From a bacterium (lineage in GTDB: Bacteria; Zhuqueibacterota; Zhuqueibacteria; Zhuqueibacterales; Zhuqueibacteraceae): a stretch of 64,000 nucleotides of DNA. The translations under genes were made by a program, and so were the position numbers. Every line of letters starts with the position of its first letter. The stretch's first letter is position 1. The notes below the pieces were generated by a model. The model worked only from the letters and a program-made list of their open reading frames with translations, searched no databases and was not told the origin of the DNA. This document shows, piece by piece, positions 49,118-59,533 of this stretch. Where the stretch lies: positions 71,890-135,889 of the forward strand of contig JBIOXB010000139.1 of assembly GCA_044869275.1 (NCBI GenBank), in the 5' to 3' direction.

Positions 49118-52100
49118 ATGTGGCTCACGATTACGTCGATTGGTTTTACGGCCGCCGTAGCTCTGGTCTGGCCGGATAAACTCTTCGCGCAAAAAGATCA
49201 TCTCAAATTTGAGCACATCTCCCTCGCACAAGGGCTTTCTCAAAATACCGTTTATTGTATCCTTCAAGATAGCAAAGGCTTCATGTGGTTTGGTACGCAG
49301 GACGGGCTGAATAAATTCGACGGCTATGACTTCAAGGTGTACAAACATGATCCTCGGGATCCTAATAGTTTGAGCAACAACGTCGTTAGAACAATTTATG
49401 AAGATCGCGCCGGGAGGCTTTGGATTGGGACTAATGGCGGCGGGCTCAATAAGCTTGATCGGGAAAAAGAAATCTTCACGCATTACCAGCATGATCCCCA
49501 CGACGCCAACAGTCTGAGTGACACCTATGTTTTGGCAATTTGTGAAGGCACCAGCCACGGTGGGGGCGTGCTTTGGATCGGCACCAGGTATGGCGGGCTG
49601 AATAAGTTTGAGGTGGAAACGGGAAGATTTACGCGTTACCACAACGATCCTAACGATGCCAGCAGTTTGAGCGATAATTACGTCATGTCGGTCCATCAAG
49701 ATCGTTCCGGTGTGCTTTGGATCGGTACGTACAGTGGCGGCTTGAACAATTTTGATCACGAAAAGAAGGCTTTTGCGCGCTATCAATTTGATTCCACGGA
49801 CTCCGGCGATTTGAGCCACAATCAAATTAGAGCGATCTATGAAGACCGCGCGGGAACGCTTTGGATGGGCACCAGTGTCGGACTGGACAAGCTTGTCCCG
49901 GCGGGACCGAACCGGCAGGCTGGAATCCTCAAGCATTATCATCACGGCTCCAATGATCCCACTAGCCCCAGCGCGGTATGGTCGATTCTTGAAGATGAAT
50001 CAGGCCTGCTTTGGATTGGCACCGGCAATGGCCTGATTCGATTTGATCGCACCGCAGAGAGATTTCATGACTATCACCATGATCCCAACGATCCCAACAG
50101 CTTGAGTGATAACTATGTCAGATCGATTGGCGCTGACCGCTCGGGCATGCTTTGGATCGGCACCTGGAACGGCGGCCTCAACAAGCTCGATCGCAGAAGA
50201 GGAACGTTCACGCATTATGGCAACATTCCGAATGATCCCAACAGCTTGAGCCACAATAATGTCAGAGCGATTTATGAAGATATGCGCGACGGCGGGAACA
50301 CGCTCTGGATCGGGACCAGAGGCGGTGGACTCATCAAATTTGATCGGAAGAAGCACGCTTTTAAGCAATACCAGGATGATCCCAACGATCCAAACAGCTT
50401 GCGCCACAATTATGTCTGGTCGATCTTGGAAGATCACGCCGGAAGATTATGGATCGGCACCTATGGCGGCGGATTGAAAAGATTTGATCGCAAGAATGAG
50501 CGCTTCACGCATTACCGGCCTGACGCTTCTAATCCCAATAGTTTGAGCCACAAAAATGTCATGCCGATTTGTGAAGAGTCTCTCCCGCTTCACGGGACGG
50601 GGCGGAGCACACTCTGGATCGGAACCGACGGCGGCTTGAACAGATTTGATACGGAAACAGAAACTTTCAAACATTATAAACATGATCCAAACGATTCCAC
50701 CAGCTTGAGCCACAATGGCATCTGGTCGATTTTTGAAGATTCCGTTGCTCGCAACGTGCTTTGGATCGGAACGGACGGCGGCGGACTCAATAAATTTGAT
50801 CGAGAAAGAGAAACATTCAAACACTACAAAAACGATCCCCGTAATCCGCACAGCTTGAGCAACAACCACGTTTTTTGCATTCACGAAGATTCCCGCGACG
50901 CCGGGACGCTTTGGCTTGGCACCTGGGGCGGCGGGCTCAACAAATTCGATAGCTCAACAGAGAGATTCATGCATTACCGAGAGAAAGACGGGCTGCCCAA
51001 TGACGTGATATATGGCATCCTGGAGGATGATCATCGCAATCTTTGGCTCAGCACCAATAAGGGCATTTCACGATTCAATATCCCGACTGAAACTTTCAAG
51101 AACTATAATACCTACGATGGGCTGCAGAGCTATGAATTCAACGCCGGCGCTTATCACCAGGGCAAAAACGGTGAAATGTTTTTTGGCGGCATCAACGGCT
51201 TCAATGCCTTCTTTCCCGGCGAGGTCAAAGACAACACCTACATTCCGCCCATCGTGATCACCGCCGTCAAGAAGTTCGATCAAACCGCCAAAAGGGATAT
51301 TTCTGAAGCGGGCAAAATCGCGCTTTCCTACAAAGACAAATACCTGACTTTCGAGTTCGTTGCGCTGGATTACACCAATCCCGAAAAAAACCAGTATGCG
51401 TATATGATGGAAGGATTTGATGAAACCTGGATTCACGCCGGCGCCAGGCGCTTTGCCAGCTATACGAACCTCGATCCGGGAGAATATGTTTTCAAAGTGA
51501 AGGGCTCGAACAACGACGGGGTTTGGAATGAAGATGGGGTCGCGGTGAAAATCACCATCGCGCCGCCTCCGTGGAAAACTTGGTGGGCCTATACGCTTTA
51601 TGCATTACTCATCACAAGTTTCTTTTATGGCCTCCGCCGCTACGAGTTGAATCGCCTGCATTTGAAAAACCGGTTGCAGCTTGAACACCTGCAGGCTGAA
51701 AAGCTGAAAGAGCTCAATCATTTGAAGTCCCGCTTTTTTGCCAATATTTCCCACGAATTTCGCACGCCGCTGACGTTGATTCTCGGACCCCTCGAGCATG
51801 TTGCCACGCAATTATCGGATTCCGGGCTCAAGCAGCAGTTGCAAACTGCTTTCAACAATGGCCGGCGCCTGCTGCGGCTCATCAATCAGCTTCTCGATCT
51901 TTCGAAATTAGAGGCGGGCGGCATGGAACTCAAAGCCAGCCGGGGAAATTTGCTGGCCTTTTTGAAAGGGATCGTGTTTACTTTTGAGTCCGCGGCCCGG
52001 CAAAAGCAAATCACATTGGAATTTCATTCGGACTACGATCGCCTGGAAGCTTATTATGACGTCGAAAAATTAGAGCAGGTTTTTTACAATCTGATGTCGA

Positions 52101-53362
52101 ATGCGATCAAATTCGTGCCTCCGGATTCCAACGGAAAAATTTCGGTGAAGGTGGTCAGAGCGCAGGCCTCTTTTCTCGACAAGCTTCCGCCGAATATCGA
52201 GTGTGTGCGCGTGACCGTGCGGGACACCGGCATCGGTATTCCTGCACACGAGCTGCCGCACATTTTCGATCGTTTTTACCAGGTCGAAAAAGCCCGCACG
52301 CACGCTCCCGAAGGCACTGGCATCGGCTTGGCGCTGGCGAAGGAGATGGTGGAATTGCATTACGGACAAATGAGCGTGAGCAGCGCTGAAGGGAATGGCG
52401 CAACGTTCATTGTGACTTTGCCGCTGGGCAAAGAGCATTTGCGGCCGGAAGAGGTGGTTGAGGAAGTAAGCAGCGAGCCGCTGCCAGCATTCAGTAAAGA
52501 GAGGGTCGAAGAGCAAGAGAGGGAAATGGAGATCGAGGATCGAGCATCAAGCCTCGAGCCTTCAGCATCCAGCATCGAGGAGCAAGCTTCCAGCAAAGAG
52601 ATCATTCTCCTCGTCGAAGACAATCCCGAGGTGCGCGCTTTCATCCGGCAGCAACTGGAGGGGCGTTATGCTGTGCTGGAGGCTGCCGACGGCGAAGAGG
52701 GTTTGACCAGAGCCTCGGAAGCCATTCCCGACCTCATCATCAGCGACGTGATGATGCCCAAAATGGATGGATACGCCCTCTGCGCTGCGCTGAAAACCGA
52801 GGAGAAAACCAGCCACGTTCCGGTCCTCCTGCTCACGGCCAAAGCCGGAGAGGAAAACAAACTGGAGGGTTTGGAAACCGGGGCCGACGACTATCTCACC
52901 AAACCGTTTAGTTCCAAAGAACTGCTGGCACGGATTAGAAATCTCATCGCACAGCGCCGCAAACTGCGGGAAAGATTCAGCCGTGAAGTCGTTTTGCAGC
53001 CGAGCGCGATCGCGATTACTTCTGCGGACGAACGCTTTCTGAATCGAGTGAAAGCAGCGGTGGAAAAAAATCTCGGCGATGAGGAGTTTTCCGTCGAAGA
53101 TTTCGGCCGCGAAGTGGGGATGAGCCGCGTCCAGCTTCACCGCAAGTTAAAAGCATTGACCGACCAATCAGCCGGCGAATTTATTCTGTCCATGCGCCTG
53201 CAACGCGCGGCCGCTTTATTGCAGCAGAACGCCGGCACCGTCGCCGAAATTGCCTACATGACCGGCTTCAACACGCCCAATTATTTTGCCAAGTGTTTTC
53301 GCAAGCAGTATGGGTGCTCGCCGTCGGAGTATAAGGTGAGTATCTCTCATGAGACTTCGTGA
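49118..53362 (+). CDS. Hybrid two-component system (Reg_prop propellers, Y_Y_Y, TM, HisKA, HATPase, REC, AraC HTH)
   Basis: LWIGT..GGLN blades, NISHEFRTPL, G boxes, SDVMMP, C-terminal AraC motif. Confidence 0.96.
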   Translation: MWLTITSIGFTAAVALVWPDKLFAQKDHLKFEHISLAQGLSQNTVYCILQDSKGFMWFGTQDGLNKFDGYDFKVYKHDPRDPNSLSNNVVRTIYEDRAGRLWIGTNGGGLNKLDREKEIFTHYQHDPHDANSLSDTYVLAICEGTSHGGGVLWIGTRYGGLNKFEVETGRFTRYHNDPNDASSLSDNYVMSVHQDRSGVLWIGTYSGGLNNFDHEKKAFARYQFDSTDSGDLSHNQIRAIYEDRAGTLWMGTSVGLDKLVPAGPNRQAGILKHYHHGSNDPTSPSAVWSILEDESGLLWIGTGNGLIRFDRTAERFHDYHHDPNDPNSLSDNYVRSIGADRSGMLWIGTWNGGLNKLDRRRGTFTHYGNIPNDPNSLSHNNVRAIYEDMRDGGNTLWIGTRGGGLIKFDRKKHAFKQYQDDPNDPNSLRHNYVWSILEDHAGRLWIGTYGGGLKRFDRKNERFTHYRPDASNPNSLSHKNVMPICEESLPLHGTGRSTLWIGTDGGLNRFDTETETFKHYKHDPNDSTSLSHNGIWSIFEDSVARNVLWIGTDGGGLNKFDRERETFKHYKNDPRNPHSLSNNHVFCIHEDSRDAGTLWLGTWGGGLNKFDSSTERFMHYREKDGLPNDVIYGILEDDHRNLWLSTNKGISRFNIPTETFKNYNTYDGLQSYEFNAGAYHQGKNGEMFFGGINGFNAFFPGEVKDNTYIPPIVITAVKKFDQTAKRDISEAGKIALSYKDKYLTFEFVALDYTNPEKNQYAYMMEGFDETWIHAGARRFASYTNLDPGEYVFKVKGSNNDGVWNEDGVAVKITIAPPPWKTWWAYTLYALLITSFFYGLRRYELNRLHLKNRLQLEHLQAEKLKELNHLKSRFFANISHEFRTPLTLILGPLEHVATQLSDSGLKQQLQTAFNNGRRLLRLINQLLDLSKLEAGGMELKASRGNLLAFLKGIVFTFESAARQKQITLEFHSDYDRLEAYYDVEKLEQVFYNLMSNAIKFVPPDSNGKISVKVVRAQASFLDKLPPNIECVRVTVRDTGIGIPAHELPHIFDRFYQVEKARTHAPEGTGIGLALAKEMVELHYGQMSVSSAEGNGATFIVTLPLGKEHLRPEEVVEEVSSEPLPAFSKERVEEQEREMEIEDRASSLEPSASSIEEQASSKEIILLVEDNPEVRAFIRQQLEGRYAVLEAADGEEGLTRASEAIPDLIISDVMMPKMDGYALCAALKTEEKTSHVPVLLLTAKAGEENKLEGLETGADDYLTKPFSSKELLARIRNLIAQRRKLRERFSREVVLQPSAIAITSADERFLNRVKAAVEKNLGDEEFSVEDFGREVGMSRVQLHRKLKALTDQSAGEFILSMRLQRAAALLQQNAGTVAEIAYMTGFNTPNYFAKCFRKQYGCSPSEYKVSISHETS
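52532..52594 (+). repeat. In-frame heptamer array (9 x ATCGAGC-like) in the HTCS linker
   Basis: atcgagg atcgagc atcaagc ctcgagc cttcagc atccagc atcgagg agcaagc ttccagc. Confidence 0.8.
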
Positions 53363-53734
53363 CATGGGCAGGTGCAACGCCGCCCCTTTTGCATGCGTGG
53401 TGCCGGTTTGAAGAAAAATCTGTGAAATGCCTGTGGAATTCGTATTTTGCGTCTGTTAAAAAATAGAGCGTGCTTAAGGAGAATTGTGGCGCTGAAAGAA
53501 TCGTCATTGACCGGTCGCTTAAAGCGCTTGTTCGCCATCAATCAGCGGCGTTGCAGCGACCGGTCAATAAGAAGAAGTGGATTGCCGAAGGCTATGGGGA
53601 GGTATCCGAAAAAATCGGACAACTGTAAACTGAAGCACGCGAAAATAATGTACATTTGAAAAGTGTTGTTTCAAACAGAATGCAACGTTCTGGCAGCAGC
53701 CTCACCGCTGACATAAGGTGAGCACGGAGGTTCC

Positions 53735-54208
53735 ATGATGAAGGAATACGATAATAACTCTGAAACTCGCGTTGCAGTGTTCCAAAAGCGCGAAATCCGC
53801 CGCACGTTTCACAACAACGAATGGTGGTTTGTCATCACGGACATCATCGCCGCCCTGACGGATTCCGCCGATCCTTCCGATTACTGGAAGAAGATGCGCA
53901 AACGGGATCCGGATTTGGGCAAAGCTCTCCAAGGGGGGGGACAATTTGTCCCCCCCCTTGCCTTGGAGTTTGCGACGGCCGGAGGGCTTCAGAAAATCCA
54001 GTGCTGGAACACCGAGGGTATCTTCCGCCTGATCCAGTCCATACCCAGTCCCAAAGTGGAGCCGCTCAAACGCTGGCTGGCGCGGGTCGGCAAAGAGCGG
54101 ATCGACGAAATCGAGATCCCCGAGCTGGCCATGGCCCGGATGAATGGATTGCTTCGTCGCCTCGCTCCTCGCAATGACGAACCTCAGGTTTTTTCAGCAG
54201 CCTTTTAG
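53735..54208 (+). pseudogene. Bro-N domain protein, 3'-truncated by a repeat
   Basis: IRR..HNNEWWF, DYWKKMRKR, RLIQSIPSPK.EP.KRWLA.VG.ERIDE; similarity ends at a GGATTGCTTCGTCGC..CTCGCAATGAC REP arm (about 54146). Confidence 0.8.
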
Positions 54209-54289
54209 GGAAGTTTCCGAAACAAACAGACAGTTGCATATATTCGCGCTGTAGCACAAAGGGACAATCAAACCAATTGGGGATCGGGC

Positions 54290-54619
54290 ATGAGTACGGG
54301 GTTCATTCCAAAGCATGGCGGCTACCAGAATCTGCTTTCTTACAAGAAGGCGCTGATCGTCTATGACGCGACGGTTTTCTTCTGCAACCGTTTCATTGAT
54401 AAGCGCAGCCGCACGCATGACCAGATGGTGCAGGCAGCGCGGTCCGGCAAGCAGAACATCGTCGAGGGCAGCATGGCGTCAGGTACTTCGAAGGAAACCG
54501 AGATCAAATTAATGAACGTGGCCCGCGCGAGCCAGGAGGAACTGCTGGAAGACTACCGCGACTTCCTGCGCGAGCGCATGACCCGCGCGCGGCTCGATGA
54601 GCGGCGCAAGGGAAAGTAA
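54290..54619 (+). pseudogene. Four-helix-bundle (suffix-domain type) protein with probable in-frame internal deletion
   Basis: GGYQNLLSY, RTHDQMVQAARSGKQNIVEGS, VARASQEELLEDYRDFLR joined directly to the family C-terminal ERMTRARL. Confidence 0.72.
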
Positions 54620-54733
54620 TCAACCTAAGCAACTTCGTCGGGAAAGCCATGAGTAGTTGTCCGAAAAAATCGGGCAACTGCAGTCCAGTCTGCCGATGGA
54701 GAGTCTTGTTTGACTGAACAGAAGGACCTCAAA

Positions 54734-55297
54734 ATGAACCCCCAAATATCTCACGAACGTTTTGAACAGGCCACGCTGGGAGGCGGATGCTTCTGGTGTC
54801 TGGAAACGGTGTATGCTGAGCTGCGCGGCGTGGTAAAAGTGGAATCGGGTTACGCCGGCGGCGAGACGCCGAATCCCACTTATAAACAGGTTTGCAGCGG
54901 CACGACGGGACACGCGGAAGTGGTTCAAGTTACTTTTGATCCGGCCGTGATTGCATTCAAAGACCTTCTGAGTATCTTCTTTGCCATTCATGATCCCACG
55001 ACCTTGAACCGGCAAGGTGCGGATGTGGGCACGCAATACCGCTCGGTGATTTTTTACCACGATGACGAGCAACGCCAACAAGCGCTAGCGCTTATGCTCG
55101 AGCTGGAGAAGAAAAAGATATGGGGGAATGCGATCGTGACCACGGTTGAGCCATTAGACAAATTTTATCGCGCGGAGGATTACCATCAGGAGTATTACAA
55201 ATACAATCCCAACCAGCCGTATTGCCAAGCGGTGATCGCGCCCAAAGTTGCCAAGTTCCGAAAAACGTACATGGACAAGCTCAAAGCAGCGAAATGA
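54734..55297 (+). CDS. msrA: Peptide methionine sulfoxide reductase A
   Basis: [38 protein letters not shown]. Confidence 0.97.
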   Translation: MNPQISHERFEQATLGGGCFWCLETVYAELRGVVKVESGYAGGETPNPTYKQVCSGTTGHAEVVQVTFDPAVIAFKDLLSIFFAIHDPTTLNRQGADVGTQYRSVIFYHDDEQRQQALALMLELEKKKIWGNAIVTTVEPLDKFYRAEDYHQEYYKYNPNQPYCQAVIAPKVAKFRKTYMDKLKAAK

Positions 55298-55419
55298 TTG
55301 CTGCTTTTTCCCAGACGAAATTGGCCATGCAAGGCTTTGCGTCTCGTCCGTATTCACTTGACTCATTCAGTCAAAAAAGATTTCATTGCAGGCGATCAAA
55401 ACGAAACCGGAAGGATTTC

Positions 55420-56778
55420 ATGACGAAGCGGCTTTGTTTTTTTCTGCTGCTGCCCTCGTTGGCATTTTCTCAAACATCCGATTCATCTGTTGCGCAAGCC
55501 ACCGGCTACTGGGAGGGCGCAATTATACACGAGGGCGCCCTGCAAATTCTCAAACTCGAGGTGCAAGAGCAGGAAGGAAAACTGTACGCCCTGCTCACTG
55601 TGCCGGATTGGGGCATTGCAGAGGCGCGATTGCAGGGCTTGGCTTACACTTCGCACCGGCTCATCTTCAGTCTGAATCCCTATGGACCGGCGTCATTGCT
55701 CGTCGATGCCGCTGCCGGCGAGATGCGCGGAATGGTCATGACGGGCGATTCGACGCAACTGCGCATTCACCTCAAGCGGACCCTGAAGCCCGTCGAACCG
55801 AGAGTAAGACCTGAGGAAGTACGTTTCACCAGCGGTGAAACGGCAATGGCCGGAACGCTTTTGCTGCCTGCCACTCCCGGACCGCATCCGGCAATCATCA
55901 TGGTTGCGGGACGTGGATATGGCAACCGCTGGAGCAATTATTCAGAGGCTCTGCGTCTGGCGCAACGCGGCATCGCCGGTCTCATTTTTGACGGCCGGGG
56001 CGTGGGAGAATCCGGCGGCGATCGCGACAAAACCACGGCGGAGGATCGCTATCAGGATGTACTTGCAGCACTCGATCTGCTCGCCGCGCGCGCCGACATC
56101 GAGGCCAAGCAAATTGGGCTTTGGGGCATCAGCGCCGGCGGTTGGGTGATTCCGATTGTTGCGCACCGATCCGGCAAAGTTGCTTTCCTCATCATGGATG
56201 CCGGCCCGGCAGAAAGCCTGGCTGATCAACAAGGCCACGTCGTAGAGTACAACATGCGCTGGTTTGCCAAAGAGAAATTCACCGCGGCAGAATGCCAGGC
56301 CGCATTTGCTTACCAGAAAAAGCTAGTGGAGTTATCCTGGCAGGGCGCGAATTGGAAAACGTTCAAATCTCTAGCCGACGGCGCGCGCCAGCAGCGCTGG
56401 GCGAAGTACGTGGACTTGCCGGAAAACCTTGACAACTCCGAGTTGGATTATTTTCGCCGCTATAAAAACCTCGACAACACCGCGGCACTGCGGCACACGA
56501 AGATCCCCGTGCTGGCGTGGTACGGCGAGCGCGACTACGTTGTGCCGCCGCCGGCAAATGCGTCCAAGCTCGAACGACTTCTCCAAGAAGCCGGCAATCA
56601 AGATTTTAAGATTCTCGGCTTTCTCGAAGGCGATCATAGCATGGCGATTCCCGGCGGAATGCAAGGTGAAGGCGAGCAGTGGCCCGAACGCTATTATCGC
56701 TGGCGCCGCCGCGCGCCGGGGTTTTATGAAACGGTTTATGCCTGGATATTGGCGCACGTAAATCCTCCCCCAAACTAA
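55420..56778 (+). CDS. Secreted alpha/beta hydrolase (S9/S15-like)
   Basis: Signal peptide, DGRGVGESGG, WGISAGG nucleophile elbow, GERD, GDH. Confidence 0.88.
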   Translation: MTKRLCFFLLLPSLAFSQTSDSSVAQATGYWEGAIIHEGALQILKLEVQEQEGKLYALLTVPDWGIAEARLQGLAYTSHRLIFSLNPYGPASLLVDAAAGEMRGMVMTGDSTQLRIHLKRTLKPVEPRVRPEEVRFTSGETAMAGTLLLPATPGPHPAIIMVAGRGYGNRWSNYSEALRLAQRGIAGLIFDGRGVGESGGDRDKTTAEDRYQDVLAALDLLAARADIEAKQIGLWGISAGGWVIPIVAHRSGKVAFLIMDAGPAESLADQQGHVVEYNMRWFAKEKFTAAECQAAFAYQKKLVELSWQGANWKTFKSLADGARQQRWAKYVDLPENLDNSELDYFRRYKNLDNTAALRHTKIPVLAWYGERDYVVPPPANASKLERLLQEAGNQDFKILGFLEGDHSMAIPGGMQGEGEQWPERYYRWRRRAPGFYETVYAWILAHVNPPPN

Positions 56779-56796
56779 ATGAAGGAAAAGCACAAG

Positions 56797-57246
56797 ATGA
56801 AAAACTCGATCCTTGCCACCATACTGGCATGCTTCGCTCTTGCCGCCGCGCAGGCTGCCGCCAACGATGAGAAAAAGGCAGTGCAGAAAGTGGTCGAAGA
56901 GGCCTACGTCCAAGGCGTGCATGCCAATCCCAACGGCGAAGCGATGCGCAAAGGCTTTCATCCGGATTTCATCATGTTCATCCTGGACGCCGGTCAAATC
57001 AAAAAAGTCACACGCGACGAGTGGATCGGCCGGATCGAAGCCGCGCAAGCAAAAAGCAATACTGCCTCCAAACCGGCGGTGAAAAGCGATTTTCCGCTGG
57101 TGGAAGTCACCGGCAATGCCGCGATCGTGAAGGTTGAAATCCATAAAGACGGCAAGCACATTTTCAGCGATTATCTGTCGCTCTACAAGTTCGAGGAAGG
57201 CTGGAAGATCATCGGCAAGATTTTTTATCGCCATCCGGCTTCGTGA
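56797..57246 (+). CDS. Secreted NTF2-like (lumazine-binding-2 type) protein
   Basis: Signal peptide, FHPD, VTGNAAIVK, DYLSLYKF..GWKIIGK. Confidence 0.88.
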   Translation: MKNSILATILACFALAAAQAAANDEKKAVQKVVEEAYVQGVHANPNGEAMRKGFHPDFIMFILDAGQIKKVTRDEWIGRIEAAQAKSNTASKPAVKSDFPLVEVTGNAAIVKVEIHKDGKHIFSDYLSLYKFEEGWKIIGKIFYRHPAS

Positions 57247-57647
57247 TTGAATTACAACTACGTGTTAGGCCATAGGGCACTCAAAGATAATATAAAATTC
57301 CGAAAATTTTCTCGCCAACGAATGAGAAGCGACCAGCGGATGCAGAATAATCCGTTGGTCGTTTTTTAATCTGTTGGAGAGCTTTTTGTCTAGAGCTGCT
57401 CCGTAAGGAGCTTCGGTTTTCAGCTTGACTGAAAAGTGGTGCAGGACTTCAGTGCTCACAATTTCGACTCAAAAAAGAAGCGTAATCGGATGAAGCCGAT
57501 TGAGCAGATCATGATTCGGGCAAACCAATTCTTATGATCCGCTCAATCCGTTTACAAAAAAAGTAACTGTTCATCTCTCGAGAAACTACTAGTACGCTGT
57601 CACCTTGATTTTTGTAGCCACTTCATAAACTGTCTTTCAGAAGGAAT

Positions 57648-57765
57648 CAGCCTGTGTGAAAACTTGTGAAGACCGCACCCTGAGCTTGTCGAAGGGTGCT
57701 AAGCTCAAGAATCCGGCTTCGACAAGCTCAGCCGGCGTTGAAACGAAGCGTTTTCACACAGTCTG
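57648..57765 (-). mobile_element. Inverted copy of the CAGACTGTG-ended MITE with a single 16-bp unit
   Basis: CAGCCTGTGTGAAAA...TTTTCACACAGTCTG, AAT on both sides; reverse complement of 29985-30214 minus the array. Confidence 0.8.
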
Positions 57766-57787
57766 AATCTTGTGCAGCATAATCACA

Positions 57788-57880
57788 GTGCGCGAAAAAG
57801 TGCTGGAAGAGACTAAACAGCTGCCGGATGACAAGCTTTCAGAAATTCTGAGTTTTATTCATTCTTTTCGATTGGGTTGG
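57788..57880 (+). pseudogene. Remnant of small DUF2281-like antitoxin-type gene
   Basis: Translates VREKVLEETKQLPDDKLSEILSFIHSFRLG; lies between repeats; no toxin follows. Confidence 0.45.
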
Positions 57881-58593
57881 GTTGCTCTTTTTTTGAACGC
57901 AGATGACGCAGATTTTCGCAGATTGCAATGAAACCCCCTGCCGCAATACGCAAAGCAGTATGGCATTGCCGCCGGCACTCAAGCAGAGATCCTTTTTGCC
58001 ATTTGTAATTAGCTTGACAATGTTAAGTTGAGTGTCTCACCCACTGTTTGTCATCCCGCCTTGCGGGATCTTTTTCAGCATAGGCACAGTGCCAAGTGCA
58101 AAAAAGGATCCCTCCAGGATGACATGAATCGGGGAGGCCAGCTAAGTTAACCTTTCGTTTCAATCTGCCGAAGTCACGCGAAGTCGCAATTGTCGATGAG
58201 GCGCGGGGATTTTGTACGCCACCAGCGAGTCTCGGTCCGAGCGCTGGATTTCATTCTTGCCCTCTGTCAATAGAGGACTTCTCAGACACAAGAAAGCTTG
58301 ACTTCCCACGCCACAGTGAAATTTACCTTGACTTTTCTCGTGTATTTCTTTACAGTCTTTTTGAAGTTTTTGCAAGAATGGGGCTCCCCTCTTTGCGGCC
58401 GCTTGGGCGGCTCCACAGCGATCATTTTGAAAGGCAAAATTAACTCTTGTGAGCAATTTTGTAATTATCCAGCGCCTCCCGAATCAGTCGGAACTCAATC
58501 GGGAGGCGCTGAACAATTGGTCCATTTCTGCGAAAGTGGATTGCGCTAAATGCAACGCAATCGTTTGAACTCTAACCAAAGAGGAGGTACGCC

Positions 58594-59304
58594 ATGAGAA
58601 GAGCATTAGCTTGGCTGGCGGTGGCCATATCGGCCTGCGCCATTTTGGTTTTTGCGCAGACCAAAGCCACTCCCGAGTGGTCGCTCAACGCGACCATCAT
58701 CGAGGCGTGCAGTTGCCCGATGTTCTGCCAGTGTTATTTTAACCCCGCACCCTCGGCGCATCATAGCGGCGGCCACGGCGCAGCGGCCGAGCATTTTTGC
58801 CGTTTTAACAACGCCTTCAAGGTCACCAAAGGCAACTACGGCAGCGTCAAGCTCGAGGGCGCGAAGTTTTGGATCGCTGGAGATTTGGGCGGCGACTTCT
58901 CGAAAGGACAAATGGATTGGGCGACGTTGACGTTCGATCCCGCAGTGACCAAGGAGCAACGGGAAGGCATCGCGGCCATTGCGGGCCACCTTTATCCGGT
59001 GAAGTGGAACTCTTTCACGGTGGTCAAAGATGGTGCGATGGAGTGGCAGTTCACGAAGGATCGTGCCGTAGCCCGGCTCGATGGTGGTAAGACCGCCGAA
59101 GTCGTGCTCAATCGCAATCCCGGCATGACGGATGATCCCGTCGTGATCAAGAACCTGAAGTACTGGGGCGCGCCCCGTAACGACGGATTCGTCCTGATGC
59201 CCAACGAGGTCCAGGCTTATCGTGCCGGGGATAAGCCGTTTGAGTTTAAAGGTACGAACGGCTTCATGATTACGTTTGACATCAATTCAAAGGATGTCAT
59301 GTAA
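58594..59304 (+). CDS. DUF1326 family protein with signal peptide
   Basis: IEACSCPMFCQCYF, HFCRFN, GNYGSVKL; AGGAGG RBS. Confidence 0.85.
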   Translation: MRRALAWLAVAISACAILVFAQTKATPEWSLNATIIEACSCPMFCQCYFNPAPSAHHSGGHGAAAEHFCRFNNAFKVTKGNYGSVKLEGAKFWIAGDLGGDFSKGQMDWATLTFDPAVTKEQREGIAAIAGHLYPVKWNSFTVVKDGAMEWQFTKDRAVARLDGGKTAEVVLNRNPGMTDDPVVIKNLKYWGAPRNDGFVLMPNEVQAYRAGDKPFEFKGTNGFMITFDINSKDVM

Positions 59305-59533
59305 CCGCGGCGCCGAAGCAGCAATGATGGCCATCCATTCTTAATGCGGACGCGGGACGGCGCGGCATAAACTATAACCTCCGCGCGCTCAATCTTCCTT
59401 GTCGATGCGGAGGTCCGGCCTCCGCGTCCCGCGCCGCTCAACATGGCCAGCTGCAAGGCATTCATCAACATTTTCTGAAGGGTTGTTGCGTGGCAAGCTG
59501 AAAGTAGAAACTGAGGTAACTATCCAGCAAATG

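Noticed and set aside
53390..53406. Sigma54-like motif (CGGCAC-N5-ATGCA) on the minus strand
   Set aside because: It points antisense into the HTCS 3' end with no downstream gene; likely chance.
326..57234. Many long antisense or alternative-frame ORFs (e.g. 326-1648, 2689-4068, 18323-19414, 26120-27472, 30346-31419, 48962-49945, 56371-57234)
   Set aside because: They overlap well-supported genes and show no motifs, as expected for GC-rich codon bias.
57260..57460. Integron attC site (GTTAGGC core)
   Set aside because: No matching inverse core at a plausible distance and no integrase in the window.
58160..58549. Short ORFs or gene remnant upstream of the DUF1326 gene
   Set aside because: No RBS or recognisable motif that I can support.
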